From UHGV virus genome UHGV-0274038: 24,177 nucleotides of DNA; one strand, written 5' to 3'. Below are positions 1 to 6,253 of this stretch, one piece after another; position 1 is the first letter of the stretch; each line of letters opens with the position of its first letter. The notes beneath the pieces were generated by a model. That model saw only the letters and a list, made by a program, of their open reading frames with translations. It searched no databases and was not told where the DNA came from. The position numbers and the translations under genes are program-made. Source of the stretch: a virus.

Positions 1-100
1 CGAAATGTTTTATAACAGTAAGCGTCGGCATGGTTCTAGCGAACAGATGTCACCGACAGAATATGAAAACCAGTATTATCAACGGCTCGGAAGTGTCTAG
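1..100 (+). CDS. IS3-family (rve/DDE) transposase, C-terminal end only; 5' part lies outside the window
   Basis: Frame 2 reads ...FYNSKRRHGSSEQMSPTEYENQYYQRLGSV then stop at 98..100. The YN-x-RRH ... SP-x-E-[FY]-EN pattern resembles the C-terminus of IS3-group OrfB transposases. Exact IS identity not determined. Confidence 0.55.
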   Translation, partial: EMFYNSKRRHGSSEQMSPTEYENQYYQRLGSV

Positions 101-150
101 ATTATCCGTGGCGATTCAAGACGCAGTCTTTCCCAGAATGCACTTAGCCA
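1..150 (+). mobile_element. Right end of an IS3-family insertion sequence; right boundary approximate (about 135..152)
   Basis: Transposase stop at 100 followed by about 50 nt ending ...CTTAGCCA(CA), consistent with the TG...CA termini of IS3-family elements. Immediately abuts an ORF that is open upstream into the IS. Confidence 0.45.
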
Positions 151-151
151 C

Positions 152-451
152 ATGTGGTACAGCGAAATCAGTGAATACCTCATAAGCAGGGGGAAATCGT
201 TCGCTACTGCAGCATGGGTAAAAGATGCTCTCAAACACACATACCTCGGTTATGAAACCAAAGACCTGGTTGATGTCGTAACCGGTGAAATCACCACTAT
301 TCAGTCGTTACGCCATACCTCCGATCTTGATACCGGAGAGATGTATGTCTTCCTGTGTAAGGTTGAAGCCTGGGCGATGAATATTGGCTGCCACCTGACT
401 ATTCCGCCGAGCTGCGAGTTCCAGCTGCTGCGCGACAAGCAGGAGGCGTAA
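152..451 (+). pseudogene. ybcN-like nin-region gene, C-terminal fragment; apparently truncated at its 5' end by the IS
   Basis: The 99-codon ORF sits directly upstream of ninE-ybcO-rusA, the position ybcN holds in DLP12. The reading frame stays open upstream to the transposase stop at 98..100, so the first ATG at 152 is probably not the native start. Family assignment is by synteny only. Confidence 0.45.
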
Positions 452-621
452 TGGCTACACCGCTTATTCGTGTCATGAATGGGCACATTTACAGAGTACC
501 AAATCGTCGTAAGCGTAAACCTGAGCTGAAGCCTTCCGAAATACCAACACTGCTCGGATATACCGCCAGCCTGGTTGATAAAAAATGGTTGCGACTGGCA
601 GCAAGGAGGAATCATGGCTGA
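451..621 (+). CDS. ninE: NinE-like small basic protein (56 aa)
   Basis: Translation MATPLIRVMNGHIYRVPNRRKRKP...[16 protein letters not shown]. Size, basic composition and position between the ybcN-like gene and ybcO match NinE. Start overlaps the upstream stop (TAATG); end overlaps the ybcO start. Confidence 0.55.
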   Translation: MATPLIRVMNGHIYRVPNRRKRKPELKPSEIPTLLGYTASLVDKKWLRLAARRNHG

Positions 622-904
622 TTTGAGAAAAGCAGCGCGTGGTCGGGAATGCCAGGTAAGAATCCCTGGCGTATGTAATGGCAACCCTGAAACGTCTGTA
701 CTGGCACATATCCGGCTGGCTGGATTGTGCGGCACCGGTATTAAACCGCCAGACCTTATTGCCACCATTGCCTGTTCTGCCTGTCACGACGAAATCGACC
801 GCCGCACGCATTTTGTCGATGCTGAGTACGCAAAAGAATGCGCGCTGGAAGGTATGGCGAGAACGCAGGTTATCTGGCTGAAAGAGGGGGTTATTAAGGC
901 GTGA
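614..904 (+). CDS. ybcO: YbcO (DUF1364) putative nuclease, 96 aa
   Basis: [42 protein letters not shown]...[14 protein letters not shown] with Cys/His-rich motifs. Recognised from recall of DLP12 YbcO. The six-frame ORF begins 13 codons earlier; ATG at 614 chosen. Confidence 0.8.
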   Translation: MADLRKAARGRECQVRIPGVCNGNPETSVLAHIRLAGLCGTGIKPPDLIATIACSACHDEIDRRTHFVDAEYAKECALEGMARTQVIWLKEGVIKA

Positions 905-1263
905 ATACCTACAGCATCACATTACCCTGGCCTCCGAGCAATAATCGCTATTACCGCCATAATCGCGGGCGCACGCACGTCAGCGCAGAGGGGCAGGCAT
1001 ACCGCGATAACGTCGCCCGAATCATTAAAAACGCAATGCTGGATATCGGCCTGGCTATGCCTGTGAAAATCCGCATTGAGTGCCACATGCCGGATCGCCG
1101 TCGCCGTGACCTGGATAATCTGCAAAAAGCCGCTTTTGACGCACTCACTAAAGCAGGTTTCTGGCTGGATGATGCTCAGGTCGTTGATTACCGCGTTGTG
1201 AAGATGCCTGTTACCAAAGGTGGGAGGCTGGAACTGACCATCACCGAAATGGGGAATGAATGA
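901..1263 (+). CDS. rusA: RusA Holliday-junction resolvase, 120 aa
   Basis: [38 protein letters not shown]... matches recalled RusA. GTG start overlaps the ybcO stop. Confidence 0.9.
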   Translation: MNTYSITLPWPPSNNRYYRHNRGRTHVSAEGQAYRDNVARIIKNAMLDIGLAMPVKIRIECHMPDRRRRDLDNLQKAAFDALTKAGFWLDDAQVVDYRVVKMPVTKGGRLELTITEMGNE

Positions 1264-1400
1264 TGTTTGAGTTTTATATGGCAGAACTTCTTCGCCACCG
1301 CTGGGGGCATCTGCGCTTATATCGTTTCCCCGGTTCTGTTTTGACCGATTACCGAATACTGAAGAATTACGCCAAAACCCTGACAGGAGCAGGAGTATGA
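1260..1400 (+). CDS. ylcG: YlcG-like small protein, 46 aa
   Basis: [52 protein letters not shown] start overlaps the rusA stop. Position between rusA and Q as in DLP12. Confidence 0.65.
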   Translation: MMFEFYMAELLRHRWGHLRLYRFPGSVLTDYRILKNYAKTLTGAGV

Positions 1401-1485
1401 AGTCAGAGATAACAATCAACTAATACTGTTTTGTTGATTTTTGCTTGTAATTGGCGTTCTGGTCTGATTTTTGTGGAGTAAGTTG

Positions 1486-1869
1486 ATGCGTGATATTCAG
1501 ATGGTTCTTGAGCGTTGGGGAGCGTGGGCGGCTAATAATCATGAAGATGTGACCTGGTCGTCCATTGCCGCCGGTTTTAAGGGATTAATTCCTTCAAAAG
1601 TAAAATCTCGCCCGCAATGTTGTGACGATGACGCGATGATCATTTGCGGGTGCATGGCCCGTCTGAAAAAGAACAACAGCGATTTGCACGATTTATTAGT
1701 AGATTATTATGTAGTCGGTATGACATTCATGTCACTGGCAGGTAAGCATTGCTGCTCTGATGGTTATATCGGGAAAAGGTTACAAAAGGCTGAGGGCATA
1801 ATTGAAGGGATGTTAATGGCATTAGATATCCGGTTAGAGATGGATATCGTTGTTAATAACTCTAATTAA
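1486..1869 (+). CDS. Q: Late-gene antiterminator Q (phage-21/DLP12 QuuD-like), 127 aa
   Basis: [26 protein letters not shown]...[16 protein letters not shown]... is the last gene of the nin module before the lysis region. ATG at 1486 preferred over the upstream TTG at 1471 used by the ORF track. Confidence 0.8.
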   Translation: MRDIQMVLERWGAWAANNHEDVTWSSIAAGFKGLIPSKVKSRPQCCDDDAMIICGCMARLKKNNSDLHDLLVDYYVVGMTFMSLAGKHCCSDGYIGKRLQKAEGIIEGMLMALDIRLEMDIVVNNSN

Positions 1870-1890
1870 TACGCCAATTATTTACTAAAA

Positions 1891-1920
1891 GTTATTAAAA
1901 ATGGGGCGTTGAAACGCCCC
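1891..1920 (-). terminator. Intrinsic terminator for the minus-strand porin transcript
   Basis: GC stem GGGGCG/CGCCCC (1903..1908 and 1915..1920) with a 6-nt loop. On the minus strand it is followed by a U-run (complement of TTATTAAAAAT, 1892..1902). Confidence 0.5.
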
Positions 1921-2057
1921 CAAAAATACAGGGTAATATATAACAGAAGGTTTGTATAGTTAGAAGCAAGGTTGTGCTTCTAAAGGAAGTGGCTTGAGGG
2001 AGCCACTTATATGTTGGGGAGGCAAAGCCTCCCACAACATATCTTTTAGTAATCAAA
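1893..2057 (-). ncRNA. ipeX: Candidate 3'UTR-derived sRNA of the porin gene (IpeX-like)
   Basis: About 165 nt between the porin stop (2058) and the minus-strand terminator contains three further stem-loops (about 1961..1980, 1991..2010, 2016..2033). DLP12 is known to encode the sRNA IpeX from the nmpC 3' region. Homology not verified. Confidence 0.35.
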
Positions 2058-3140
2058 TTAGAACTGGTAAACCATACCTACAGCAACGATATCATCGGTA
2101 GCAACGCCAGATGCTTTCGTGAAATCGCTCTTATCAATCAGGTTGATTTTGTAGTCAACAAAAGTGGACATATTTTTGTTGAAGTAATAGGTTGCACCTA
2201 CATCAACATATTCAACCAGGTCCTGATCACCCCAAACACCCAAGTCTTTTCCTTTAGAATGCAGGTAAGCAACGGATGGACGCAGGCCGAAGTCGAACTG
2301 ATATTGTGCAACAGCTTCGAAGTTTTGTGCTTTGTTGGCAATATGGTTATTACCAAAAACAGTCATGTTCTGGGTTTCAGAATAGGTGGTGGCCAGATAG
2401 ATGTTGTTCGCATCATATTTCAGACCAGCTGCCCATACTTCAGCATTTTGACCAGAAGCATTCAGACCGTTGTTACCGTAGATAACCTGATTATTAGTGC
2501 GATCAGATTTAGCATAGGTTGCACCCACGCCGAATCCTTCATACTCATAAGTAGTTGAGAAACCGAAACCATCGCCATTAGCTTCAGTTACTTCATTTCG
2601 GTCATTTTTGCCCTGATACTGAGCTGCAAAGTTCAGGCCATCAACCAGACCAAAGAAGTCGTTGTTACGATAAGTTGCAACACCTGTGGTGCGACCAGTC
2701 ATGAATACATCTGTTTGGGTCCAGGTATCGCCACCGAATTCTGGCAGAACGTCGGTCCATGCACCAATATCGTATGCTACACCGTAGTTACGGCCATAAT
2801 CGATGGAGCCGTAGTCACCGAATTTCAGGCCAGCGAAGGCAAGACGGGTTTTATCTTTGGAGGAACCTTGAGATTCAGCGCGGTTGCCTTTGAATTCATA
2901 TTCCCACTGACCGAAACCAGTCAGTTGATCGTTGATTTGGGTTTCACCTTTGAAGCCAAGACGGGCATAAGTAGTATCACCATCATCTGCATCATTAGAG
3001 GAGAAGTAGTGCTTAGCATTAACTTTCCCGTACAGATCCAGCTTGTTACTGTCTTTATTATAAATTTCAGCTGCCTGAGCAGACATCGCCATCAGTACTG
3101 ATGCAGCTACAGCAGAAATTGCCACTGTTAATTTTTTCAT
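2058..3140 (-). CDS. nmpC: Outer-membrane general porin, NmpC/OmpD/OmpC family (360 aa), prophage moron
   Basis: Signal peptide [23 protein letters not shown] then AEIYNKD...; aromatic-rich beta-strand pattern and C-terminal ...VAVGMVYQF typical of 16-strand porins. Antisense to the phage genes, between Q and the lysis cassette as in DLP12. Confidence 0.9.
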   Translation of the reverse strand: MKKLTVAISAVAASVLMAMSAQAAEIYNKDSNKLDLYGKVNAKHYFSSNDADDGDTTYARLGFKGETQINDQLTGFGQWEYEFKGNRAESQGSSKDKTRLAFAGLKFGDYGSIDYGRNYGVAYDIGAWTDVLPEFGGDTWTQTDVFMTGRTTGVATYRNNDFFGLVDGLNFAAQYQGKNDRNEVTEANGDGFGFSTTYEYEGFGVGATYAKSDRTNNQVIYGNNGLNASGQNAEVWAAGLKYDANNIYLATTYSETQNMTVFGNNHIANKAQNFEAVAQYQFDFGLRPSVAYLHSKGKDLGVWGDQDLVEYVDVGATYYFNKNMSTFVDYKINLIDKSDFTKASGVATDDIVAVGMVYQF

Positions 3141-3504
3141 CGTGAGCCCTTTTTTTTGAACTATTATTAAAAAATGATGTCACTGCGCGATAAATATTCA
3201 TCTAATCAATGTGATTATTTCAAGATGTAAGTTTTGGTTTCTCGTTTAATTTGTGAAGTAGATCTCTATTTTTATCTGAACTTTTTTCTATCGAATCCTA
3301 TTCATGGCTCTTGGCTGAATAAAAATAAATCTATTAGCCAATTTATATTAATGGCTGTTATTTATAAGTGCTCTATAATTTGAAGGTTCAATTTAAATTG
3401 GCTAAAAATAACGCTGGAAATTATTTGTTGGTTATTTGTTGAGATTTGCTTATGTATTTGTAGTGGTGTTTTCAATACTCGGTAGCATTCTCGCAAATAT
3501 CATT

Positions 3505-3545
3505 TAGTGGTTTACGTACGTAAAAAATTGGTTATGCTGTTAAGA
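3505..3545 (+). promoter_or_regulatory. Candidate late promoter pR' with Q-utilisation region (position approximate)
   Basis: Possible -35 TTTACG (3511..3516) and -10 TATGCT (3533..3538) with 16-nt spacing, about 30 nt upstream of a strong terminator hairpin. A short terminated leader RNA ahead of S is the classic pR'/qut/tR' arrangement. Promoter elements are weak matches. Confidence 0.3.
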
Positions 3546-3568
3546 GTGGTTACTTCGTCACACAGCGT

Positions 3569-3601
3569 AAACCCGCCGTCGAGCGGGTTTTTCCATTTTT
3601 T
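3569..3601 (+). terminator. tR'-like intrinsic terminator upstream of the lysis cassette
   Basis: Stem AAACCCGC/GCGGGTTT (3569..3576 and 3583..3590), 6-nt loop, followed by TTCCATTTTTT. Confidence 0.55.
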
Positions 3602-3713
3602 GAGTCTCGATATTAGCTGATAACCCAATACCTGAGTTATTCACTGACTCCGAGTCTGTTACGTTTCGTAGTATTCCCTCAATTTACACCCGCTTTGTCT
3701 GCGAGGTGGGGTT

Positions 3714-3929
3714 ATGAAATCCATGGATAAGTTAACAACGGGTGTCGCCTATGGCACCTCAGCAGGTAGTGCCGGGTACTGGTTTTTACAGCTGCTCGAT
3801 AAAGTCACGCCCTCACAGTGGGCAGCAATAGGTGTGCTGGGTAGCCTGGTATTTGGCCTGCTGACGTACCTGACAAACCTTTATTTCAAGATTAAAGAAG
3901 ATAAGCGCAAGGCTGCGAGAGGTGAATAA
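3714..3929 (+). CDS. S: Class II holin, phage-21 S-type pinholin (71 aa) with dual-start motif
   Basis: [71 protein letters not shown]. Two transmembrane segments; Met1-Lys-Ser-Met4 allows holin and antiholin starts. Close to recalled S21. SD GAGGTGGGG upstream. Confidence 0.9.
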
Positions 3930-4426
3930 TGCCTCCATCATTACGAAAAGCTGTTGCTGCTGCTATTGGTGGCGGGGCTATTGCTATAGCATCTGTGTTA
4001 ATCACTGGCCCAAGTGGTAACGATGGTCTGGAAGGTGTGAGACATAATCCTTACAAAGACATAGTTGGTGTATGGACTGTATGTTACGGGCATACAGGAA
4101 AAGACATCATTCCCGGTAAAACGTATACCGAAGCAGAGTGCAAAGCCCTCCTGAATAAAGACCTTGCCACTGTCGCCAGACAAATTAACCGGTACATCAA
4201 AGTCGATATACCGGAAACAACGCGCGGCGCTCTTTACTCGTTCGTCTACAACGTGGGTGCTGGCAATTTCAGAACATCGACGCTTCTTCGCAAAATAAAC
4301 CAGGGTGATATTAAAGGCGCATGTGATCAGCTACGGCGCTGGACATACGCTGGCGGTAATCAATGGAAAGGACTGATGACTCGCCGTGAGATTGAGCGTG
4401 AAGTCTGTTTGTGGGGGAAACAATGA
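3929..4426 (+). CDS. R: SAR endolysin, phage-21 R-type lysozyme (165 aa)
   Basis: N-terminal Gly/Ala-rich signal-anchor-release segment ([18 protein letters not shown]) followed by T4-lysozyme-type catalytic region (GLEGV...D...T). Start overlaps the S stop (TAATG). Confidence 0.9.
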   Translation: MPPSLRKAVAAAIGGGAIAIASVLITGPSGNDGLEGVRHNPYKDIVGVWTVCYGHTGKDIIPGKTYTEAECKALLNKDLATVARQINRYIKVDIPETTRGALYSFVYNVGAGNFRTSTLLRKINQGDIKGACDQLRRWTYAGGNQWKGLMTRREIEREVCLWGKQ

Positions 4427-4881
4427 GCAGAGTAACCGCGATTATCTCCGCTCTGGTTATCTGCATCATCGTCTGCCTGTCATTGGCTGTTAATCATTAC
4501 CGTGATAACGCAATCGCCTACAAAGAGCAGCGCGATAACAAGGCCAGTGAACTGGAGAAGGCGAACGCCACCATCGCTGACATGCGGAAGCGTCAACGTG
4601 ATGTAGCAGAACTCGACGCAAGATACACAAAGGAGCTTGCTGATGCTAACGCGACTATCGAAAGTCTCCGTGCTGATGTTTCTGCTGGGCGTAAGCGCCT
4701 GCAAGTCGCCGCCACCTGTGCAAAGTCAACGACCGGAGCCAGCGGCATGGGCGATGGAGAAAGCCCAGGACTTACAGCAGATGCTGAACTCAATTATTAC
4801 CGTCTCCGAAGTGGAATCGACAAGATAACCGCGCAGGTTAACTACCTGCAGGAATACATCAGGACGCAATGCCTGAAATAA
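4423..4881 (+). CDS. Rz: Rz inner-membrane spanin subunit (153 aa)
   Basis: [26 protein letters not shown]... single N-terminal TM helix then a coiled-coil periplasmic domain. ATG at 4423 preferred over the ORF-track start at 4411. Confidence 0.85.
   Translation: MSRVTAIISALVICIIVCLSLAVNHYRDNAIAYKEQRDNKASELEKANATIADMRKRQRDVAELDARYTKELADANATIESLRADVSAGRKRLQVAATCAKSTTGASGMGDGESPGLTADAELNYYRLRSGIDKITAQVNYLQEYIRTQCLK
4637..4828 (+). CDS. Rz1: Rz1 outer-membrane lipoprotein spanin subunit, embedded in the +1 frame of Rz
   Basis: Signal peptide with lipobox LLGVSAC, then Pro-rich [13 protein letters not shown]. Strong SD AAGGAG 7 nt upstream of the ATG. Lies entirely inside Rz. Confidence 0.75.
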   Translation: MLMLTRLSKVSVLMFLLGVSACKSPPPVQSQRPEPAAWAMEKAQDLQQMLNSIITVSEVESTR

Positions 4882-4913
4882 TTTTTTTGCAAATCACAAA
4901 GTCCATTTAATGA

Positions 4914-4937
4914 GCCTCGCGATGCGGGGCTTTTTTT
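4914..4937 (+). terminator. Intrinsic terminator ending the lysis operon
   Basis: 7-bp stem GCCTCGC/GCGGGGC (one G-U pair), 3-nt loop, followed by T7 (4931..4937), 33 nt after the Rz stop. Confidence 0.6.
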
Positions 4938-5086
4938 ACATCTGAATTTCACAGCGCATCTCACGCGCATATTACATCACCCGAGCCTTTCAGAAAGTTG
5001 AGCCTGAGAACTGCCGTATATGGTGGCGACCATCTCGGGGCGGCTTTTCTGTGAGACAGGCTCACTTTCTAAAAGGTAAAGACGCT

Positions 5087-5575
5087 ATGAACCAATTAGA
5101 AGAAAAGCTTCAAAGAATGATTTCCTTATACAAGGAAGATAACTGCCAAAAAGTTCCTGAAAACATCGCAGAGTTAATGGAATTGGCAAGTGAATTTTCT
5201 GGCATGCTTAAGTCGTCAGGTGTTCGGTCAGCGTTCTTTGTTGAAATGCTGATGCACGGCGGACTTATGGCAACAATGAGACGTGTAATGGAAGACCAGA
5301 GAAAAGAACCTCCTCAGGTATACGTTTTGTCATCGAAGAAAACTGGGCTAACCAAAATTGGGTATTCATCCAACATTCCACAACGCATCAAATCGCTTGG
5401 CAACTCTGGACCAGACTGCTTGAAGCTTGAGTGCCTGATCCCTGGTGGAAGAGAAACTGAAAACATGCTTCATCGCAAATTTGCCGCAAAGAGAAAGCAC
5501 GGTGAATGGTTCGCCCTGTCCAAGGATGACATTGAGGGATTGAAATCTGTAGCGATTACTTCTGATGGCTATTAA
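5087..5575 (+). CDS. Accessory protein with C-terminal T5orf172 (GIY-YIG-like) nuclease domain and unrecognised helical N-terminal domain (162 aa)
   Basis: C-terminal half QVYVLSSKKTGLTKIGYSSNIPQRIKSLGN...ENMLHRKFAAKRKHGEWFALSKDD fits the T5orf172/Mug113 pattern (YVL...GL-KIG-S...R...E-LH-F...GEWF). N-terminal about 85 aa has no family I recognise. ATG at 5087 with AAAGG upstream; the ORF-track start at 5051 is non-ATG. Confidence 0.65.
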   Translation: MNQLEEKLQRMISLYKEDNCQKVPENIAELMELASEFSGMLKSSGVRSAFFVEMLMHGGLMATMRRVMEDQRKEPPQVYVLSSKKTGLTKIGYSSNIPQRIKSLGNSGPDCLKLECLIPGGRETENMLHRKFAAKRKHGEWFALSKDDIEGLKSVAITSDGY

Positions 5576-5612
5576 TGCTTGTTTAGAGCAATTTTCATAA
5601 CAACTCTTCATT

Positions 5613-5690
5613 ACAAAGCCCATCTACTGGTGGGCTTGATAATGAAACCGTGATTTACATCCCCACAATCCGGGTATGTAAAAGATAGTT
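5613..5690. repeat. Copy 1 of a degenerate direct repeat: hairpin AAGCCCA/TGGGCTT + GATAATG + CCCCACA..GGGTAT..TAAAAGATA
   Basis: Stem 5616..5622 with 5631..5637, then GATAATG 5638..5644. Shares core, flanking motif and downstream CCC-ACA/GGG-AT/TAAAAG blocks with copy 2. Confidence 0.45.
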
Positions 5691-5889
5691 CAGGCGAGAA
5701 CGGATTTAACTAAATCTGTGCGCCACCAGTTAACGGCAGTACCACGAAACAACCCAAGCCAGTAAGTGGGGAAATAACACCGGCAGCCACTGAAAGATGA
5801 ACCTCCTGCCTTATGGCAAAAAAGATTCTTTGTGGTGGCGGACTGATGGAAAGACATCCTAATTTCAGCCAAACATTGAAGGAGTTGTT

Positions 5890-5961
5890 ATGTCAGCAGA
5901 AGGTTTCAATAACCCATCAAAATTCCGGGATGAGTGGGATAGCAGCGTAAAGAGTAAGTGA
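5890..5961 (+). CDS. Small ORF candidate (23 aa, MSAEGFNNPSKFRDEWDSSVKSK) with canonical SD
   Basis: GAAGGAG 6 nt upstream of the ATG. Hydrophilic peptide lying between the two repeat copies. No known family; could be a leader peptide, a small protein or chance. Confidence 0.2.
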   Translation: MSAEGFNNPSKFRDEWDSSVKSK

Positions 5962-5968
5962 TGCCATC

Positions 5969-6060
5969 ACAAAAGCCATTCCCTACAGAGTGGCTTTGAT
6001 AATGGCTTATACCCTACACGGGATAACTTAACTGATATCCCTTTTAAAGGATAAAGGTAT
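5969..6060. repeat. Copy 2 of the degenerate direct repeat, with alternative pairings and a terminator-like hairpin
   Basis: Stem AAAGCCA (5972..5978) with TGGCTTT (5991..5997), then GATAATG 5998..6004. The segment AAGCCATT can alternatively pair with AATGGCTT (6001..6008). Followed by hairpin GGGATA...TATCCC (6020..6041) and TTTT. Confidence 0.45.
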
Positions 6061-6208
6061 TCAAGCCTGACACATCATGCGCTGTATCGTCGCCGTATTC
6101 CCGTATTAACAGAGACCGTAGCCCGACGGGGAACTCCTTCTGCGCGAGTGTGCGGGAATAATCAAAAACGATGCACACCGGGGTTACCGGGTACACATAT
6201 TTCATCAT
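6044..6208 (-). CDS. Hypothetical small ORF (54 aa) immediately downstream of ybcV
   Basis: MMKYVYPVTPVCIVFDYSRTLAQKEFPVGLRSLLIREYGDDTAHDVSGLNTFIL. Starts 45 nt after the ybcV stop on the same strand. No good SD and no recognised family, so low confidence. Confidence 0.2.
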   Translation of the reverse strand: MMKYVYPVTPVCIVFDYSRTLAQKEFPVGLRSLLIREYGDDTAHDVSGLNTFIL

Positions 6209-6253
6209 GCCAGCGAGTCCGGTTCTGGCACGGAAGAAACCGGACGTTATGAT

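Noticed and set aside
1471-1869. Q gene starting at the TTG at 1471 (132 aa, as in the ORF track)
   Set aside because: The in-frame ATG at 1486 gives the expected 127-aa product beginning MRDIQMV; the TTG extension is likely an artefact of longest-ORF calling.
2011-2047. Hairpin GGGAGGC/GCCTCCC after Q as a plus-strand intrinsic terminator
   Set aside because: The T-run on the plus strand begins about 10 nt after the stem rather than immediately, and the minus strand has no U-run. It is more plausibly a structural element of the porin 3' UTR, so it was not called as a terminator.
4411-4881. Rz starting at 4411 (156 aa, MGETMSRV...)
   Set aside because: The ATG at 4423 yields the N-terminus [12 protein letters not shown]... 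where the transmembrane helix begins near the start, typical of Rz; the upstream codons overlap the endolysin 3' end.
5051-5086. Longer start for the T5orf172 protein at 5051 (174 aa)
   Set aside because: Codon 5051 is not ATG, and the in-frame ATG at 5087 has a better-placed purine-rich SD (AAAGG). The longer form cannot be excluded but is less likely.
5690-5872. 60-aa minus-strand ORF in the accessory region
   Set aside because: TTG start, Trp/Cys/Gly-rich odd composition (GGSSFSGCRCYFPTYW...), no SD and no family resemblance. It overlaps a region better explained as structured non-coding sequence.
5576-6253. Possible tRNA, CRISPR array, or retron ncRNA in the ORF-poor segment
   Set aside because: No T-loop-like GTTCGAAT/GGTTCGA motif or cloverleaf-sized GC-rich unit was seen, there is no series of identical short repeats with uniform spacers (only two degenerate repeat copies), and no reverse transcriptase gene is nearby.
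4882-6253. bor (serum-resistance lipoprotein) expected on the minus strand downstream of ybcV
   Set aside because: No ORF on either strand encodes a signal peptide plus lipobox protein of about 97 aa resembling Bor; the only minus-strand candidates (54 aa and 60 aa) lack these features.
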